Below are positions 43,313-55,869 of a stretch of DNA of 64,000 nucleotides, one piece after another. Where the stretch lies: positions 1 through 64,000 of the forward strand of contig CAVVMW010000015.1 of NCBI GenBank assembly GCA_963749495.1, written 5' to 3'. Within the stretch, counting starts at the first letter, position 1; the number at the start of each line of letters is the position of its first letter. A program made the translations under genes and the position numbers. Origin of the DNA: an uncultured bacterium. GTDB taxonomy: Bacteria; Verrucomicrobiota; Verrucomicrobiia; Limisphaerales; UBA8199. The notes under the pieces were generated by a model. The model was not told the origin of the DNA. It worked only from the letters and a program-made list of their open reading frames with translations, and made no database searches.

Positions 43313-45510
43313 ATGAAAACCATCATCGCCGTTTTGTTTTGCTTTCTGGCTCTCAATTCCTGGGGGCAGGTGACCGGTGGCAGCCCAACCAACACCGCGC
43401 CCCCCGGCGCGACTAACACCAGCCCGGCCACGCCGGGCAGCGGCCAGGGCACGCCCATCTCGACCGCCCCGCAAGAGGTGATCTGGCTCGAGAACGCGAC
43501 TCCCCCGGGGGCCGCGTTGAGCGCGTCCCCCGACGAGCCTTGGGATTGGACCAATGCCTTTTGGAACGGCAGCGGCTTGGTCTCTCTGGCCCCCGGTTCC
43601 CTCGTGCACCTGTCCCCACTGGCCGCGGGCTGGCACCAGCACTACTTCGGGCTGCTCGGCCTCAACCTCGCGGTCAACGCCGGCGGCTCGCTCTTTGCGG
43701 ACATATACCTGCCCTGGACCAACGCGCCCTCCGCGGTGGCGCTGCGGTGGCTGGTGGGCGTGACGAACGGCACGGCCTCCGGCTCGTGGGTCCATGGCGC
43801 CTACTGGTGCGCCTCCAGCTTGGGCGCCAACGGGGCCGGCACGAACGCCGTCTATGGAGGAGCGCTGCCGCCCGCCGGGCAGTGGGCGCGCCTCTCGGTT
43901 CCCGCCGACGCGGTGGGCTTGGGCGGCCAGTTCGTGCAGGGCATCTCGTTCGCCATCTGCAACGGCGCTGCCGCCTGGGGCGCGGCGGGAGAGGTCGTGC
44001 CCGCCCCCGGCCCCAACGGCCCCGGCGCCGCGGGCGCAGGGAGCATGAGCGGCCCGGGGCCGCTCCAAGCCGGCTCGTGTGCGGGCCCTTTCCCAGCCTT
44101 GGCGGGCTGGTGGCAGGGCGAGGACAACGCCAACGATCAACTTGGGTGGTACCCCGGCCTGTGGGCGGGAACCCCAGGTTACGCCAGCGGCAAAGTGAAC
44201 CAGGCATTCGAGTTGAACAACCCCACGGGTCCGGACCCTGCGGCTCCAATTACGTCTACGTCGCCACTACCAACCTCAATGTCGGCTCGCCCGGCCTCAC
44301 CGTCGAGTGCTGGATTTATCCCTGGGACATCTCCAACCAACACCCCATCGCCGAATGGAACAACGGCACCTCGTTCGGCGTGAACTTCTGGGTTTCGGGG
44401 GCCGTGGGCAATGGGGGCCCGGGTTCGCTCTTTGGCGATGTGAAGGACACTTCCCTCCAGGACCATTGGCTGTCGAGTTACCCCGGCTACGTTTCCATGA
44501 ACACGTGGCAGCACGTGGCGTTCACATACGACCAGACCATAGGCTACGGTCTGGCCTGCCTATACTACGACGGCGACGTCGTCGCCCAAGCCTTCCTGGG
44601 CACCGTCACCCCTTTCACCGACGCCCCTCTCTATTTTGGTGTGCGCCCAGCCGACGCCGGGGCAGGCTACACCTTTGCCGGCCTTATGGACGAGGTGGGC
44701 ATCTACAACGTGGCGCTCTCACAGGCGGAGATCTGGAGCATTTACAACGCCGGCAGCGCCGGCAAATGCCTCACGCCCGCCTTCACAGGGCTCATCAACG
44801 TCAACTTCGGGGGCGGGGCTTCCAGCCAGAAGACAGGCCCCGGGGCCGTCGGCCAAGCGGCCTCCGACTTCTGGAATTATCTCGGCCCCAATGCGGGCAG
44901 CTCGATCACCAACCTCTCGAACGCCGATGGCACTCCTTCTCTGGTCGGCGTGACGGCTTCCAACCTCCTGTCCAGCGGGACGATCGGCTCGTCGGACAGC
45001 ATGTATAACGGCTACATCTCCGGCCCGAATGCTCAGAGCGGCACGCTCACGCTCACCAATTTGCCAGCGGGCAATTACAGCGTGTTCGCCTATTCTTACG
45101 ACGGGAACTTCTCGCTTGGCGCCGGTTACGGGACCGTCACCACCAGCTACAACAGCCCGCCGGCCAACCCGCCGCCCTGGGTGCCGTGGCTCCATTATGC
45201 CTCCTGGACGGGTGTCGCCGTGGGGCCCGGCCAGCCCCTGGTCTTGACCGTGCAGCCAGGGCAGCACGGGGGTTGCCCCGTTATCTGCGGCCTGCAGATC
45301 GCCGGACTCGACCCTGACAGCAGCGGGCTGCCCATCTGTTGGGAGACCGAGTACTTCGGCCACACCGGCGTGTCCCCCGGGGCCGACCCGGACAACGACG
45401 GCTTGAGCAATCTCCAGGAGTACATCATGGGCGGCAACCCCAACCGCGCGGCCGTCCTTGACACCGGCGGGACCATCCTCGGACTCCAGGTGTTCACGCC
45501 GTTGAAGTGA
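43313..45510 (+). CDS. Secreted LamG-like domain protein with a Ca-binding DxDxDG repeat; frameshift near 44240
   Basis: Signal peptide, TVECWIYP..WQHVAFTYD..MDEVGIYNVALS, DPDNDGLSNLQEY and terminal LQVFTPLK. Confidence 0.85.
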
Positions 45511-45551
45511 CGGAACAGGCTCAGCAACCACCACCCAGCAAAGCAACACCT

Positions 45552-48500
45552 ATGACTACGACCATCTTGAAGTGGATAATGTCCGCGCCAACGACAGTCG
45601 CGGGGAGCGTGCTCATGTTCGGGGCCGCCCTCCAGAAGCGGCTTCCTTCGAGGACCCACTGGGCGGCCTGGCTGACGATTGGCTGGGCTGTCCTGCACCC
45701 GACGGCTCGCCTCCAGGCCCAGTTGGACGTAACCAATGGGTACGCCCAAATAACCGTAAGGTGGACGGATTGCAACAGCATCGACCAGAGGTTCCAGATA
45801 TACGAGGATTCCAACGGCACAACGAGTACGGGCCCCCAGCCGGTGTTCAGCGGATGGTTTCCAGACGAGGGGGTTGACGTGGAATACTACATCGCGGGGG
45901 CATGGGCAATCGATGGGGCTGGGCACGAAACATATGACATCCTGCATTGCGACCCCGGTAAGACCGGGTGCCAAGTCCAGACAAACTATTTAGGCGGCCT
46001 CCCTTACTCCTATACCATCAGCAAGCCGCAGAAAGGCGGTAACATTTCATTGTGGACCAAGGCGATCAGCGGTTCGGTCACCTACGGGGTTTCCGCGGCC
46101 ATCCAGATCGTGCTGCCTGCGGGGGCCACGGCGCAAACTCCAGGGGCGCTTGCGCCCCAAGGGCGCGGCTGTTGCGGCAGCACCGCCAACCGTGCAACCC
46201 CTGCTCTGGCCACGGCGCACTCGTTCGCGAACGGCCTCGACTTCAGGTTCAATCACGGGCCTGCATCTTTCTTCCTCGACGGCGCCCACATCGCCCTTTC
46301 TGCCGATGTCCCCTCGACCAGCCTCGCCACGCCCGCGGCGCTGACCGTGCCCTTTGCCCGCACCAACGTGACGGTCATCACCAACGCCGGCGTGCTTGCC
46401 CAGACAGTGACGCCCTTGGGCCTCATGAACGTCCAGACAAGCTCTGCCTACGAGTACCAACTCCAATTCTTTTACACAAACAAGGTGGCCGGCCAAACCA
46501 ACGGCCTTTACGGAACCAACGGCTCCGCCTTTGCCACCTGGGTGGTCTCCAACCCGGACACCACCACGGCCTCAAACCGGCTCTCGATCACCGAGGTCGC
46601 GGGCGGCGTGACAAACGGCCAGTATCAGTACACCTACTCCAACACCAGCACCCAGGCCAATCGCTGGGACCTGCTCCAAGCCGACCACCAGACCACCGTC
46701 TCGACGTGGCAGACTACAAATGCAAACTCCCTACTCACCAACTACTTCACCCAGGTCACCTCGGGCGCTAGCGTCCTCAGCTTCCTTGGCGTCTCCCTTG
46801 TTTACGTCCCCGGCATCACGAACGTCCTGACCAACTCCGTAACCCAGGGGAGTGGAACCGACACGCAAACGACAACCTACACCTATTACACAAACAATAG
46901 CCCCGCCGGGAGCCTCAGCTCAAACCAAGTTCAGCGGATCGATTACCCGGACGGCGGCTGGATTTACTACATGTACGACGACAGTGGCCGGGTTACCAAC
47001 CAGTATTCCACTTACCTCAACTACCCGCCCCCTGCCGCCGGCACACAGCCTAACCCGCCGACGGTCGATCACTGCAAACAGACGGCTTACTCCTTTGCCT
47101 CACAGGTTGGCGGCGCGGACGGCGGAACGAACTTTCCCTCCCGGGCCCGGCTCGTCACCGTCAGCCTCCCGGTCATGGTGTACGGCGCCTGGCAACTCCA
47201 AGAGGTCTCCCGCATCCTCCGCAGCGCCACCAACTGCTACGCCGAACAACAGGTCTGCCCGCAGCCGGGGGCACACTGGTGCAACCGCGGAAATCTGAGG
47301 ACGATCCAATTCACCTATCCCAATAGCATCACTGATCTGGCCAGCTCCGGGCGCCCGCAGTCCATTTCGAATCCCGACGGCACGGCCACCGTCTATACCT
47401 ACCAGCAGACGGCCACCAATTTCACCACCATAACCTGCTCCGGGATGCCCGACTCCTGGGCCCAGCCCTCCAACATCCTCTACGGCACGCAAAACACCAC
47501 GGTCATCGATTCGCTCGGCCGCACCGTGTCCAGCGAAGCCCAGGACATCGCAGGACAAACGGTGCTCTCCCACGACACCTACTCCTACTTGAGCGGCGAC
47601 CACCTTGGCCAAAGCTACACGCTGACCGACCTTGCGGGCCGGGCGACCACCTACAGCTACTCCTGCTGCGGCCTTGAGAGCGTGCTCGATCCCGACAGCG
47701 TGACGACACGGTACACCTACGACTCGAACAAGAACGAAGTTGCCACCCTCACCATGCGCGGCTCCCAAAACGGTGTCACACTGACCAACGTTCTCGACGG
47801 GCTGGGCCGGGTGTTCGCCACACTGCGCATCGGCACAAACGGCAACGCCATCACACTCGCCGAGTACCAGTACCGACTCCCTGGGCCGCGTATCGCAGGA
47901 AATGAACGCGCTGGGCGGCGTCACCACCCACGCGTATGCCGTGGTCAACAGCCAGGCCTGCGTCACCAACACCTACCCCGACGGTGGCACGCACATCGAG
48001 ATCTATTATCGTGATGGGCGCTTGGCCGCGGTCAGCGGCACCGCCGTCTCGCCCGTCCGGTACCAATATGCCATCGAACAGGACACCGACGGCACCTGGC
48101 GCCAGTTCACCCTGCAAATCAAGCTCGATAGCCTCGGCGGCACCAACGAGTGGACCAAGACCTACACCGATGGCGCCGGCCGCGCCTACAAGACCGTTTA
48201 TGCGGCCTACAGCGGCGCCCCTTGCTCCATCTCCTATTACAACGCCAACGGCCAGCTCACCAACACCATCGACCCTGACGGCGTCTCGACCCTTTACGCC
48301 TACAACCCCAAGGGTGAGCAGGTCCTCACCGTGCTTGACATGAACACGAACCACGTCATCAACTTCTCGGGCACCGACCGCATCACGTTCACTACCAACA
48401 ACGTCGCGACCGACCACGGTGCAACGGTGCGGCGCACGCAAGTCTATGCCTGGAACACGAGTGGCAACTCCTCGAACCTGGTCTCCACAACCGAGGCCTC

Positions 48501-51500
48501 GACCACCGGCCTCATGAACTGGAGCACGACCTGGAACAACGGCCTGCCCGTCACCAGCCAGGCCATAACCACTTACGGGGCAAACGGAAACCGCTGGCTC
48601 ACCAACGTCGCCCCGGACAACTCGTACACTGTCAGCGCCTACCTCTACGGCTTGCTGGTCTCGGTCACCCGCTATGACTCGGCTGGCGCGCAACTGGGCG
48701 CCACCTCCTACGATTACGACCCCCATGGCCGCCAGTACAGCGTGGCCGACACCCGCAACGGCGCCACCACCAACACGTTCAACAACGCCGACCAGCTCGC
48801 CACCGTGACCACCCCCGCCCCCGGGCCCGGCCAGGCCCCCCAGATCACCACCACCACCTACTACGACACGTCATTGAGGGCCACAAACATCGTCCAACCC
48901 GACGGCACGAGCGTCGCCAACACTTATGACCCCAGGGGGCTGCTCCTCACCAATTCCGGCTCCCGCACCTACCCCGTTGCCTACACCTACGACGCCCAGG
49001 GCCGGATGAAAACCATGACCACGTGGCAGAACTACTCGAACCGTGCCGGCGCCTCCACAACCACCTGGAATTACGACAGCTACCGCGGCTGGCTCACCTA
49101 CAAGAACTACAACGGCGCCGGCTGGACCCCCTTTTATACATACACCCCCGCCGGCCGCCTTCAGACCCGCACCTGGTTCCGCGGTGTCACCACCACTTAC
49201 GCTTACAACAATGTCGGCGCACTCAGCGCCGTTACCTATTCGGATTCCACTCCTGCCCTCGGCTACTGCTACAATCGCCTCGGCCGCCAAACCGCCGTCA
49301 CCAACGGCGCCGCCCTCACCCTCCTCTCTTACAACGATGCCGGCCAACTCCTGGCCGAGACCAACAGCGCCGGCCCCCTTGCCGGCCTGGCCGTCGCCTC
49401 CGGCTACGACCAACTCCTTCGCCGGACCAGCCTGGCCCTCCAGCAATCCGGCAATCCATTCGTCCAACAATCCTTCGGGTTTGACGCCGCCTCCCGCCTC
49501 CTGACCGCCAGCGACGGCGCCAACAACACCGCCACGTACTCTTATCTTGCCAACTCGCCCCTGGTCGGCCAAATTACCTTTGCCAACAACGGGACGACCC
49601 GGATGACGACGACCAAACAGTACGATGCCCTGAACCGGCTGACGCAGATTTCGACTGTCAACGGTGGACTGCGGACTGTGGACTTGCACGCCTACGGCTG
49701 CAACAGCGCCAGCCAGCGCACGAGCATGACCAACGCCGACAACTGGTACTGGGTCTATGCCTACGATCCCCTTGGGCAGCTTACCAATGCGCACAAGTAT
49801 TGGGGGGATGGCTCGCTTGTCTCGGGCCAGCAATTCCAGTACCAGTTCGACACCATCGGCAACCGCACCGGCACGGACGCCGGGGGCGACCAGACCGGCG
49901 CCAACCTCCGCCACGCGAATTACACGGTCAACGGCTGCGGCCTCAATCAGTACCGCAACCGCGTCGTGCCCGGCTACGTACAGAGCCTGGGCACGGCCAG
50001 TCCCAGCGCGAACGTCGCCCTATGGAGCACCAACGGCTCGTATGCCCAGGCCTTTCGCAAGGGCGCCTACTTCCGCGCGGAACTGCCCGTGGCCAACGCC
50101 AACGGTCCGCTCTGGCTGGCCCTGACCAACATGGCCCTGCTGCCCGGGGGTTCTTCGGGCACGGACGTCCTCGCCACCGCCACAGGCAACTTCTTCGTCG
50201 CCCAAACCCCCGAGTGGTTCCAGTACCGACCTGGATGGCAACCTGCTGAGCGATGGCCGCTGGAGCTACACCTGGGACGCCGAAAACCGGCTGATCAACC
50301 TGACCAGCCTGGCCAGCGCCCCGTCCGGCTCACGGCTCAAGCTGGATTTCACCTATGACTACAAAGGCCGGCGAATCCAGAAGGTCGTCTCGACCTGGAA
50401 CGGCTCACAATACCTCCTCCAGAGCACCCGCCTGTTCCTCTACGACGGCTGGAACCCGGTTGCCCGGCTCATGCCTGCGGGCGAGGCCGCTTCTCTCCTG
50501 TCGAATGGCGACTTCGAGGCCCCGGTGGAGTCCGCGGACTCGTACAACTATGACGTGTTTCCCACCGGGTGGTTCGGGAGTGTGGAGTATCTGTTCAACG
50601 TGCCGCCCCCGGGGCCATTCCTTGCGTTCGGCGCCCAGTGGCCCGCGGCGTATAGCGGGAACCAATACGCGGATGTGGCGGGGCAGCCGGTTTCCTATCT
50701 TGCGCAGAGCTTCACCGTGCCGCAGCCTGGCGACGTGTACAACCTGGTATGGTATGACAACACCTACCAGGCTCCGGGCGATGCCAGCGGGCCCTATTCG
50801 GTCGAGGTGCTGGACTCCAACTCCAATCCCGTGAGCGGCAGCACCGGCAACTACAACGCCTGGCGCCCGAGCGGGGCCTGGGCGATGCAGTCGTTGACCT
50901 TCTCGCTCTGCCCAGGCACTTACACGCTCAAATTCTATTGCCCCGGTTGGGACGAGAGCGAGCCCCTGCTGGACAATGTCTCTTTGAAGCCGGTTATCCC
51001 GGTGGAATACTACCTTTGGGGCCTGGACCTTTCGGGCACGCCGCAGGGCGCCGGCCTGCCGGGCCAAAGCGGAGCGACGGCTGGCGGGGTGGGCGGCCTG
51101 CTCGATGTCAACGACGCCGCCAACGGCGCCCACTTCGCCGCTTATGACGGCAACGGAAATATCTCCGGCCTGGTGAGTGCCGCCGGAGGCACGAACTCCG
51201 CTCTCTACGAATACGGCCCCTTCGGCGAACTCCTCCGCGCCACCGGCCCCATGGCCAAGGCAAACCCGCTCCGGTTCTCCACCAAATACCAGGATGACGA
51301 GACGGACCTACTGTATTACGGGCGTCGCTATTTGAACACATCAACGGGAAGGTGGATCAACCGGGACCCGATTGGGCGGAAGGGCGGGGCAAACCTCTAT
51401 GGCTTTGTCGGCAACTCGCCGCTGAGCACATTCGATAACCTGGGTCTCGTGGCAATTCCACCTGGTTGGCCCAGCCCATACGGCAGCGGTATGGGCTATT

Positions 51501-51940
51501 ATGTGTGCCCGAAATGCTGGTGCAGGGAGGCTTCATGGGAGTTCGTGCCGGGGGGCAGGGCACCGCAATTCCATATTTACCCCGATCCAATTCCAGGGCA
51601 CAACAACGCAGATAGGTGGGGAAGCCAGTTGCACGTTCGGTGGACGGTGGTCGGCGATCCTAGCTTCTGCCACTATTACCAAGACGAAACGAACAGCGCC
51701 ATGATTGCCTACGGGCCGGACGGTCAGGTATTTGCCACCGGTGTGGGGAGCAATGCCGATATTGATATGGGCCCGGACTATTACGATCCGATGGGCTTCA
51801 ACCCTATTCCCCATGGGACTTACGAGGTGCGGGGCGTGTGGACGATCTCGTTAAGGTGTGTGTCGAGCGACCCTAAAATACGGCCGGTTATCCAGCCCGT
51901 CGGGGCATTCATCATCGACGAGGGCTTCACGTACCCATAA
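45552..51940 (+). CDS. Large RHS/YD-repeat polymorphic toxin; frameshifts near 47875 and 50227
   Basis: YD repeats; core YEYGPFGE..FSTKYQDDETDLLYYGRRY..GRWINRDPIG..NLYGFVGNSP..DNLGL; variable C-terminus at 51449-51940. Confidence 0.92.
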
Positions 51941-52005
51941 ACAACGACTTGGGGGGTATGCCGCATAAAACCGACGCCTGGTCACCACTTGCACGAAGCA
52001 CATTT

Positions 52006-52485
52006 ATGCAGCCTCGCCAGCGCCGCCTCACATTCCGACGGGAGCCGAATGTCACCAGTCTCCTACGTCTGGCGCTCACTGTTCTATCAATCGGGGTGAC
52101 CATGCTGACCGGCTGCAAGACCAGCACAGAACATCCTGGTTACCCGGAGGACCTACGAGCAGCTGCTAGGGAATTTGCCTCCAAGGACCCATCCAACAGG
52201 TTGGTCGAAGCTAGGAGGCTGCTTGAGGCTCTCCCGAAGTGCCCGGTCAGATCCGTGGGTCCCACGTTCATGGGCGAAGCGATCTCCTACGATTACTCGA
52301 AGCCTGAGTATGTGCTGTATCGCAGCGATCTGTTGAACCTTCTGGGACCTCCCGATTCGCATGGAATGAATTCATGCTCCTATCGCATTGAGCATAAGAC
52401 GGGGAGCAAGGTGACCTGGTATTTGTACATCAGCTTCCGCAGCAACTACGTTGTCTTTGCGAACCTTTACTCGGATTCCAGGTAG
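52006..52485 (+). CDS. Putative immunity lipoprotein; start uncertain
   Basis: Immediately follows the RHS gene; LTGC lipobox and LLGPPD motif. Confidence 0.65.
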   Translation: MQPRQRRLTFRREPNVTSLLRLALTVLSIGVTMLTGCKTSTEHPGYPEDLRAAAREFASKDPSNRLVEARRLLEALPKCPVRSVGPTFMGEAISYDYSKPEYVLYRSDLLNLLGPPDSHGMNSCSYRIEHKTGSKVTWYLYISFRSNYVVFANLYSDSR

Positions 52486-52725
52486 TTGTTCAGCCTCCAG
52501 AGAGTGAGTGCCGCATCTTGGGAGCCACTCCGCCCCTGGTTCCTCCCAGCTAAACATCTGGCACGACACGCCCTGGTGCCCGCGCTCCACACGTACCCCC
52601 ATAGCCCTCAATCAAGAGAGCTACAGGAGCACAGGTGCAGAGGGGTGGGCGTTGGTGTGTGGCTCAGAGGCTGCGGCGCTCTTCACGGCAGGGTCGAATG
52701 GGAGGGGTCAAACCAGTGAAGTGAA

Positions 52726-53858
52726 GTGAAGGGGTCAAACCATAACTTTTCACTTGACGGGACGCCAGGGGTACTGGCAGAGTGTTGCCGATGCTGCGGC
52801 AAATCAGGAAAAGGGGTCGGGTGAAGGGGTCAAACCATAACTTTTCACTTGACGGGACGCCAGGGGTACTGGCAGAGTGTTGCCGATGCCGCGGCAAATC
52901 AGAGTCGAATACCCCGGGGCGATTTACCACATCTTGAGCCGTGGGGACCGCCGGGAAGACATTTACCTGGATGACGTGGACCGGCAGGACTTTCTCAAGA
53001 CGCTGGCCGAGTGCTGCCAGAAGACCGGTTTCCAGGTCCATGCCTACTGTCTGATGCGCAACCATTTCCACCTGGTCGTCGAAACGCCCAACGCCAATCT
53101 GTTGGCGGGAATGCGCTGGCTGCTGAGCAGCTATACCATCCGGCTCAACGGCCGGCACAAGCTTTCCGGTCACGTGTTCAGCGGACGCTACAAGGCGATT
53201 GTGGTCGAGGGCAGCGGCAACGGGTATCTGCGCACGGCCTGTGACTACGTGCATCTGAATCCGGTCCGGGCAGGGCTGTTGGGTAGGGAAGAACGCTTGT
53301 TGGAGTATCCCTGGAGCAGCTTGGCTTGGTATTTGGCCGCGCCGGAACACCGACCGGGCTGGATGCGGGTGGACCGCTTGCTGGGCGAACACGGGATCCA
53401 AAAAGACACCGCTTGCGGACGAGAGCAGTTTGAGCGGCAGATGGAGCGCCGCCGCACCGAGGAGGACGATGCGGCCCAATGGAAACCACTAAAGCGCGGC
53501 TGGTGTCTGGGCAGCGAGGAGTTCCGCGCCAAGCTGTTGGAGCAGATGGAGGCGCGCCTGAGTGATCAGCATTCGGGGAAGTTGAGGCGTGAGAGCGCCG
53601 AAGCCAAAGGGGAGCGCATCGTTGCGGAGGAGTTGAAGCGTTTGCGATGGAGCCAGGATGACTTGAAGGGGCACTTGAAGGGCGACCCGGCAAAGCTGGC
53701 CCTGGCGGCGCGGTTGCGGCGCGAGACCACCTTGACCATCCGCCAAATCGCCGAGCGGTTGCACATGGGCAGTTGGAAGAGCCTGAACAACAAGCTGTAT
53801 CTGCGCCGCAAGACCGAGCCGGAGGAGGTCAAAAAGTGAAAAGTTATTGTTTGACCCC
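52726..53858 (+). mobile_element. HUH transposase unit bounded by GGGGTCAAAC(C/A)ATAACTTTTCAC inverted repeats; left end duplicated (95-bp period)
   Basis: Left IRs at 52731-52753 and 52826-52848; right IR at 53836-53858 with one mismatch. Confidence 0.85.
52886..53839 (+). CDS. RAYT-type Y1 HUH transposase with C-terminal HTH
   Basis: MPRQIRVEYPGAIYHILSRG, YCLMRNHFHL (HUH), YVHLNPVRAG and YPWSS. Confidence 0.92.
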   Translation: MPRQIRVEYPGAIYHILSRGDRREDIYLDDVDRQDFLKTLAECCQKTGFQVHAYCLMRNHFHLVVETPNANLLAGMRWLLSSYTIRLNGRHKLSGHVFSGRYKAIVVEGSGNGYLRTACDYVHLNPVRAGLLGREERLLEYPWSSLAWYLAAPEHRPGWMRVDRLLGEHGIQKDTACGREQFERQMERRRTEEDDAAQWKPLKRGWCLGSEEFRAKLLEQMEARLSDQHSGKLRRESAEAKGERIVAEELKRLRWSQDDLKGHLKGDPAKLALAARLRRETTLTIRQIAERLHMGSWKSLNNKLYLRRKTEPEEVKK

Positions 53859-53909
53859 TCCTCCCAAAGGCGTTAGTTAGTTAACAAGCGACACGCACAG
53901 GACCTGCCT

Positions 53910-54422
53910 ATGAACAGCAGAACCACCGACCGCCCAAGAGGCCCATTCGTTTGGTTTGGGCTAGCCCTAGCCACGGCCTTAGCTTGCACGGCTGGTTGTA
54001 GAACCGTGCGTACGGCAAATCCCGAGCTTGCCGTTGCAGTGGACAGGAGCCATTTTCCAGCGTTATTGGATGTTCTGCTGTCCAACCGGACGGCGCAAGC
54101 GGTGCGCATCTGGGAATGGGCTAATTCATGGGGCTGGGACAACCTGTCGGTCCAAATACAGGAGGAACGTAAGCGAGAGCTGTTCTGGGTCGTTCGGAAG
54201 GAAACGAGCTTTAGCAGGAACGGCCCCACATTCGACGTCCTCGGGCCGCAGGAGAGCCTCATCAGGAAGATCAACACGGGCGACGGTTGGTGGACAATTC
54301 CTCCGGGCATCAACCTGACGAACGACCACTACCGGCTTCGAGTCCGATTGCGGATTGCTCCATCACGGGAGGCCCGAAAGTGTCATGTTTTCGTCGGGGA
54401 GGTCTATAGCGATTGGAAGTAG
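53910..54422 (+). CDS. Hypothetical lipoprotein, possible orphan immunity protein
   Basis: Hydrophobic N-terminus with TAGC lipobox, lower GC and RHS-locus position. Confidence 0.6.
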   Translation: MNSRTTDRPRGPFVWFGLALATALACTAGCRTVRTANPELAVAVDRSHFPALLDVLLSNRTAQAVRIWEWANSWGWDNLSVQIQEERKRELFWVVRKETSFSRNGPTFDVLGPQESLIRKINTGDGWWTIPPGINLTNDHYRLRVRLRIAPSREARKCHVFVGEVYSDWK

Positions 54423-55049
54423 GAAACGAAAAGGGGTTAATGAGAATGTACTATTTCATTGGCGGGCAAATGAAGGGCTCAATCCGTAAAGGGGTCAGCC
54501 ATTAGGGCACTGATCAAGTAAAAAAACGTTGTACGTCCAGCTTTTTTTCCAAACCGTTTTCGCCGCAACTTTTTAGCCACCGTGCGGGCACCGACTCGAT
54601 CCTGCGTTTTCGTTGTGTGAATCGGATCTTCGCGGGGGTTACCCGTCGAGGCGATCCGTTCAGTCAGCCATCTGGGTCTAGCGCGTTTGGGGCTGATGCC
54701 CTGGGTGAACCAAATTTCGAACCGAAAGGAGCGGACGAGATATCTCCGGCCCTGCTCCCTCCGGCTCGGTTTTATTGGTCCACCATTCTATTACCACACG
54801 CGTTGGTTTTGGCAAGCGCGTGCGTTCACCAACTCTGCGCCCATCCCGCCACCGGCGGGACCAGAAAACTTTCAGTGCCGGGCCGCGTTCATTCAATTGA
54901 AAAGAGCTGTGGTTCCCAGGAGACATTGCTGCCCCCGGAGTCCAACCCGTTTCTGACTCGCGGCACGGTCGAATCGCCTGCAAAGCGTCTTTAAGCTGCG
55001 TTAATATAAATCGTGAGGAGAGCAACCGTCTCCAATCAACCCACGGAAA

Positions 55050-55161
55050 GGGGTCAAACCATAACTTTTCACATTGACAACGAATTTTGCAGGCAAAACG
55101 AAGACCAAAGGACCAAAGTGAGAGGACCCATAAGTGAAAAGTTATGGTTTGACCCGTTTGA
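55050..55161. mobile_element. ~110-bp non-autonomous MITE/REPIN-like element with the same inverted ends as the HUH unit
   Basis: GGGGTCAAACCATAACTTTTCAC (55050-55072) ... GTGAAAAGTTATGGTTTGACCC (55134-55155). Confidence 0.85.
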
Positions 55162-55237
55162 GTTTGATAAATCGGGGTCACATCTATACTTTGTTACAAT
55201 GTGAACCTCACCTCACCCTCCAACAATCCAGCACTCC

Positions 55238-55869
55238 ATTAATCCAGCAATGCTTCGGCTTCGACGCCGCCTCCCGTCTCCTGACGGTCAACGACGGGGC
55301 CAACAACACCGCCACGTATTGTTAGCTTGCCAATTCGCCCCTGGTCGGCCAAATTGTCTTTGCGAACAGCGGGACCACGCGGATGACGACGACAAAACAG
55401 TACCGACTACCTGAACCGGCTGACCCAAATCTCGACTGCCGACAGAGAAAGCCATAACTTTTGACATTGACAACGAATTTTGCAGGCAAAACGAAGACCA
55501 AAGGACCAAAGTGAGAGGACCCATAAGTGAAAAGTTATGGTTTGACCCGTTTGATTAATCCAGCAATGCTTCGGCTTCGACGCCGCCTCCCGTCTCCTGA
55601 CGGTCAACGACGGGGCCAACAACACCGCCACGTATTGTTAGCTTGCCAATTCGCCCCTGGTCGGCCAAATTGTCTTTGCGAACAGCGGGACCACGCGGAT
55701 GACGACGACAAAACAGTACCGACTACCTGAACCGGCTGACCCAAATCTCGACTGCCGACAGAGAAAGCCATAACTTTTGACATTGACAACGAATTTTGCA
55801 GGCAAAACGAAGACCAAAGGACCAAAGTGAGAGGACCCATAAGTGAAAAGTTATGGTTTGACCCGTTTG
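55238..55869 (+). repeat. Two 316-bp tandem copies, each a degenerate RHS fragment plus a left-degenerate MITE
   Basis: Units start at 55238 and 55554. The RHS part matches ~49455-49660 (FGFDAASRLL..NNTATY..ANSPLVGQI..MTTTKQY) with a stop and an indel. Confidence 0.9.
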
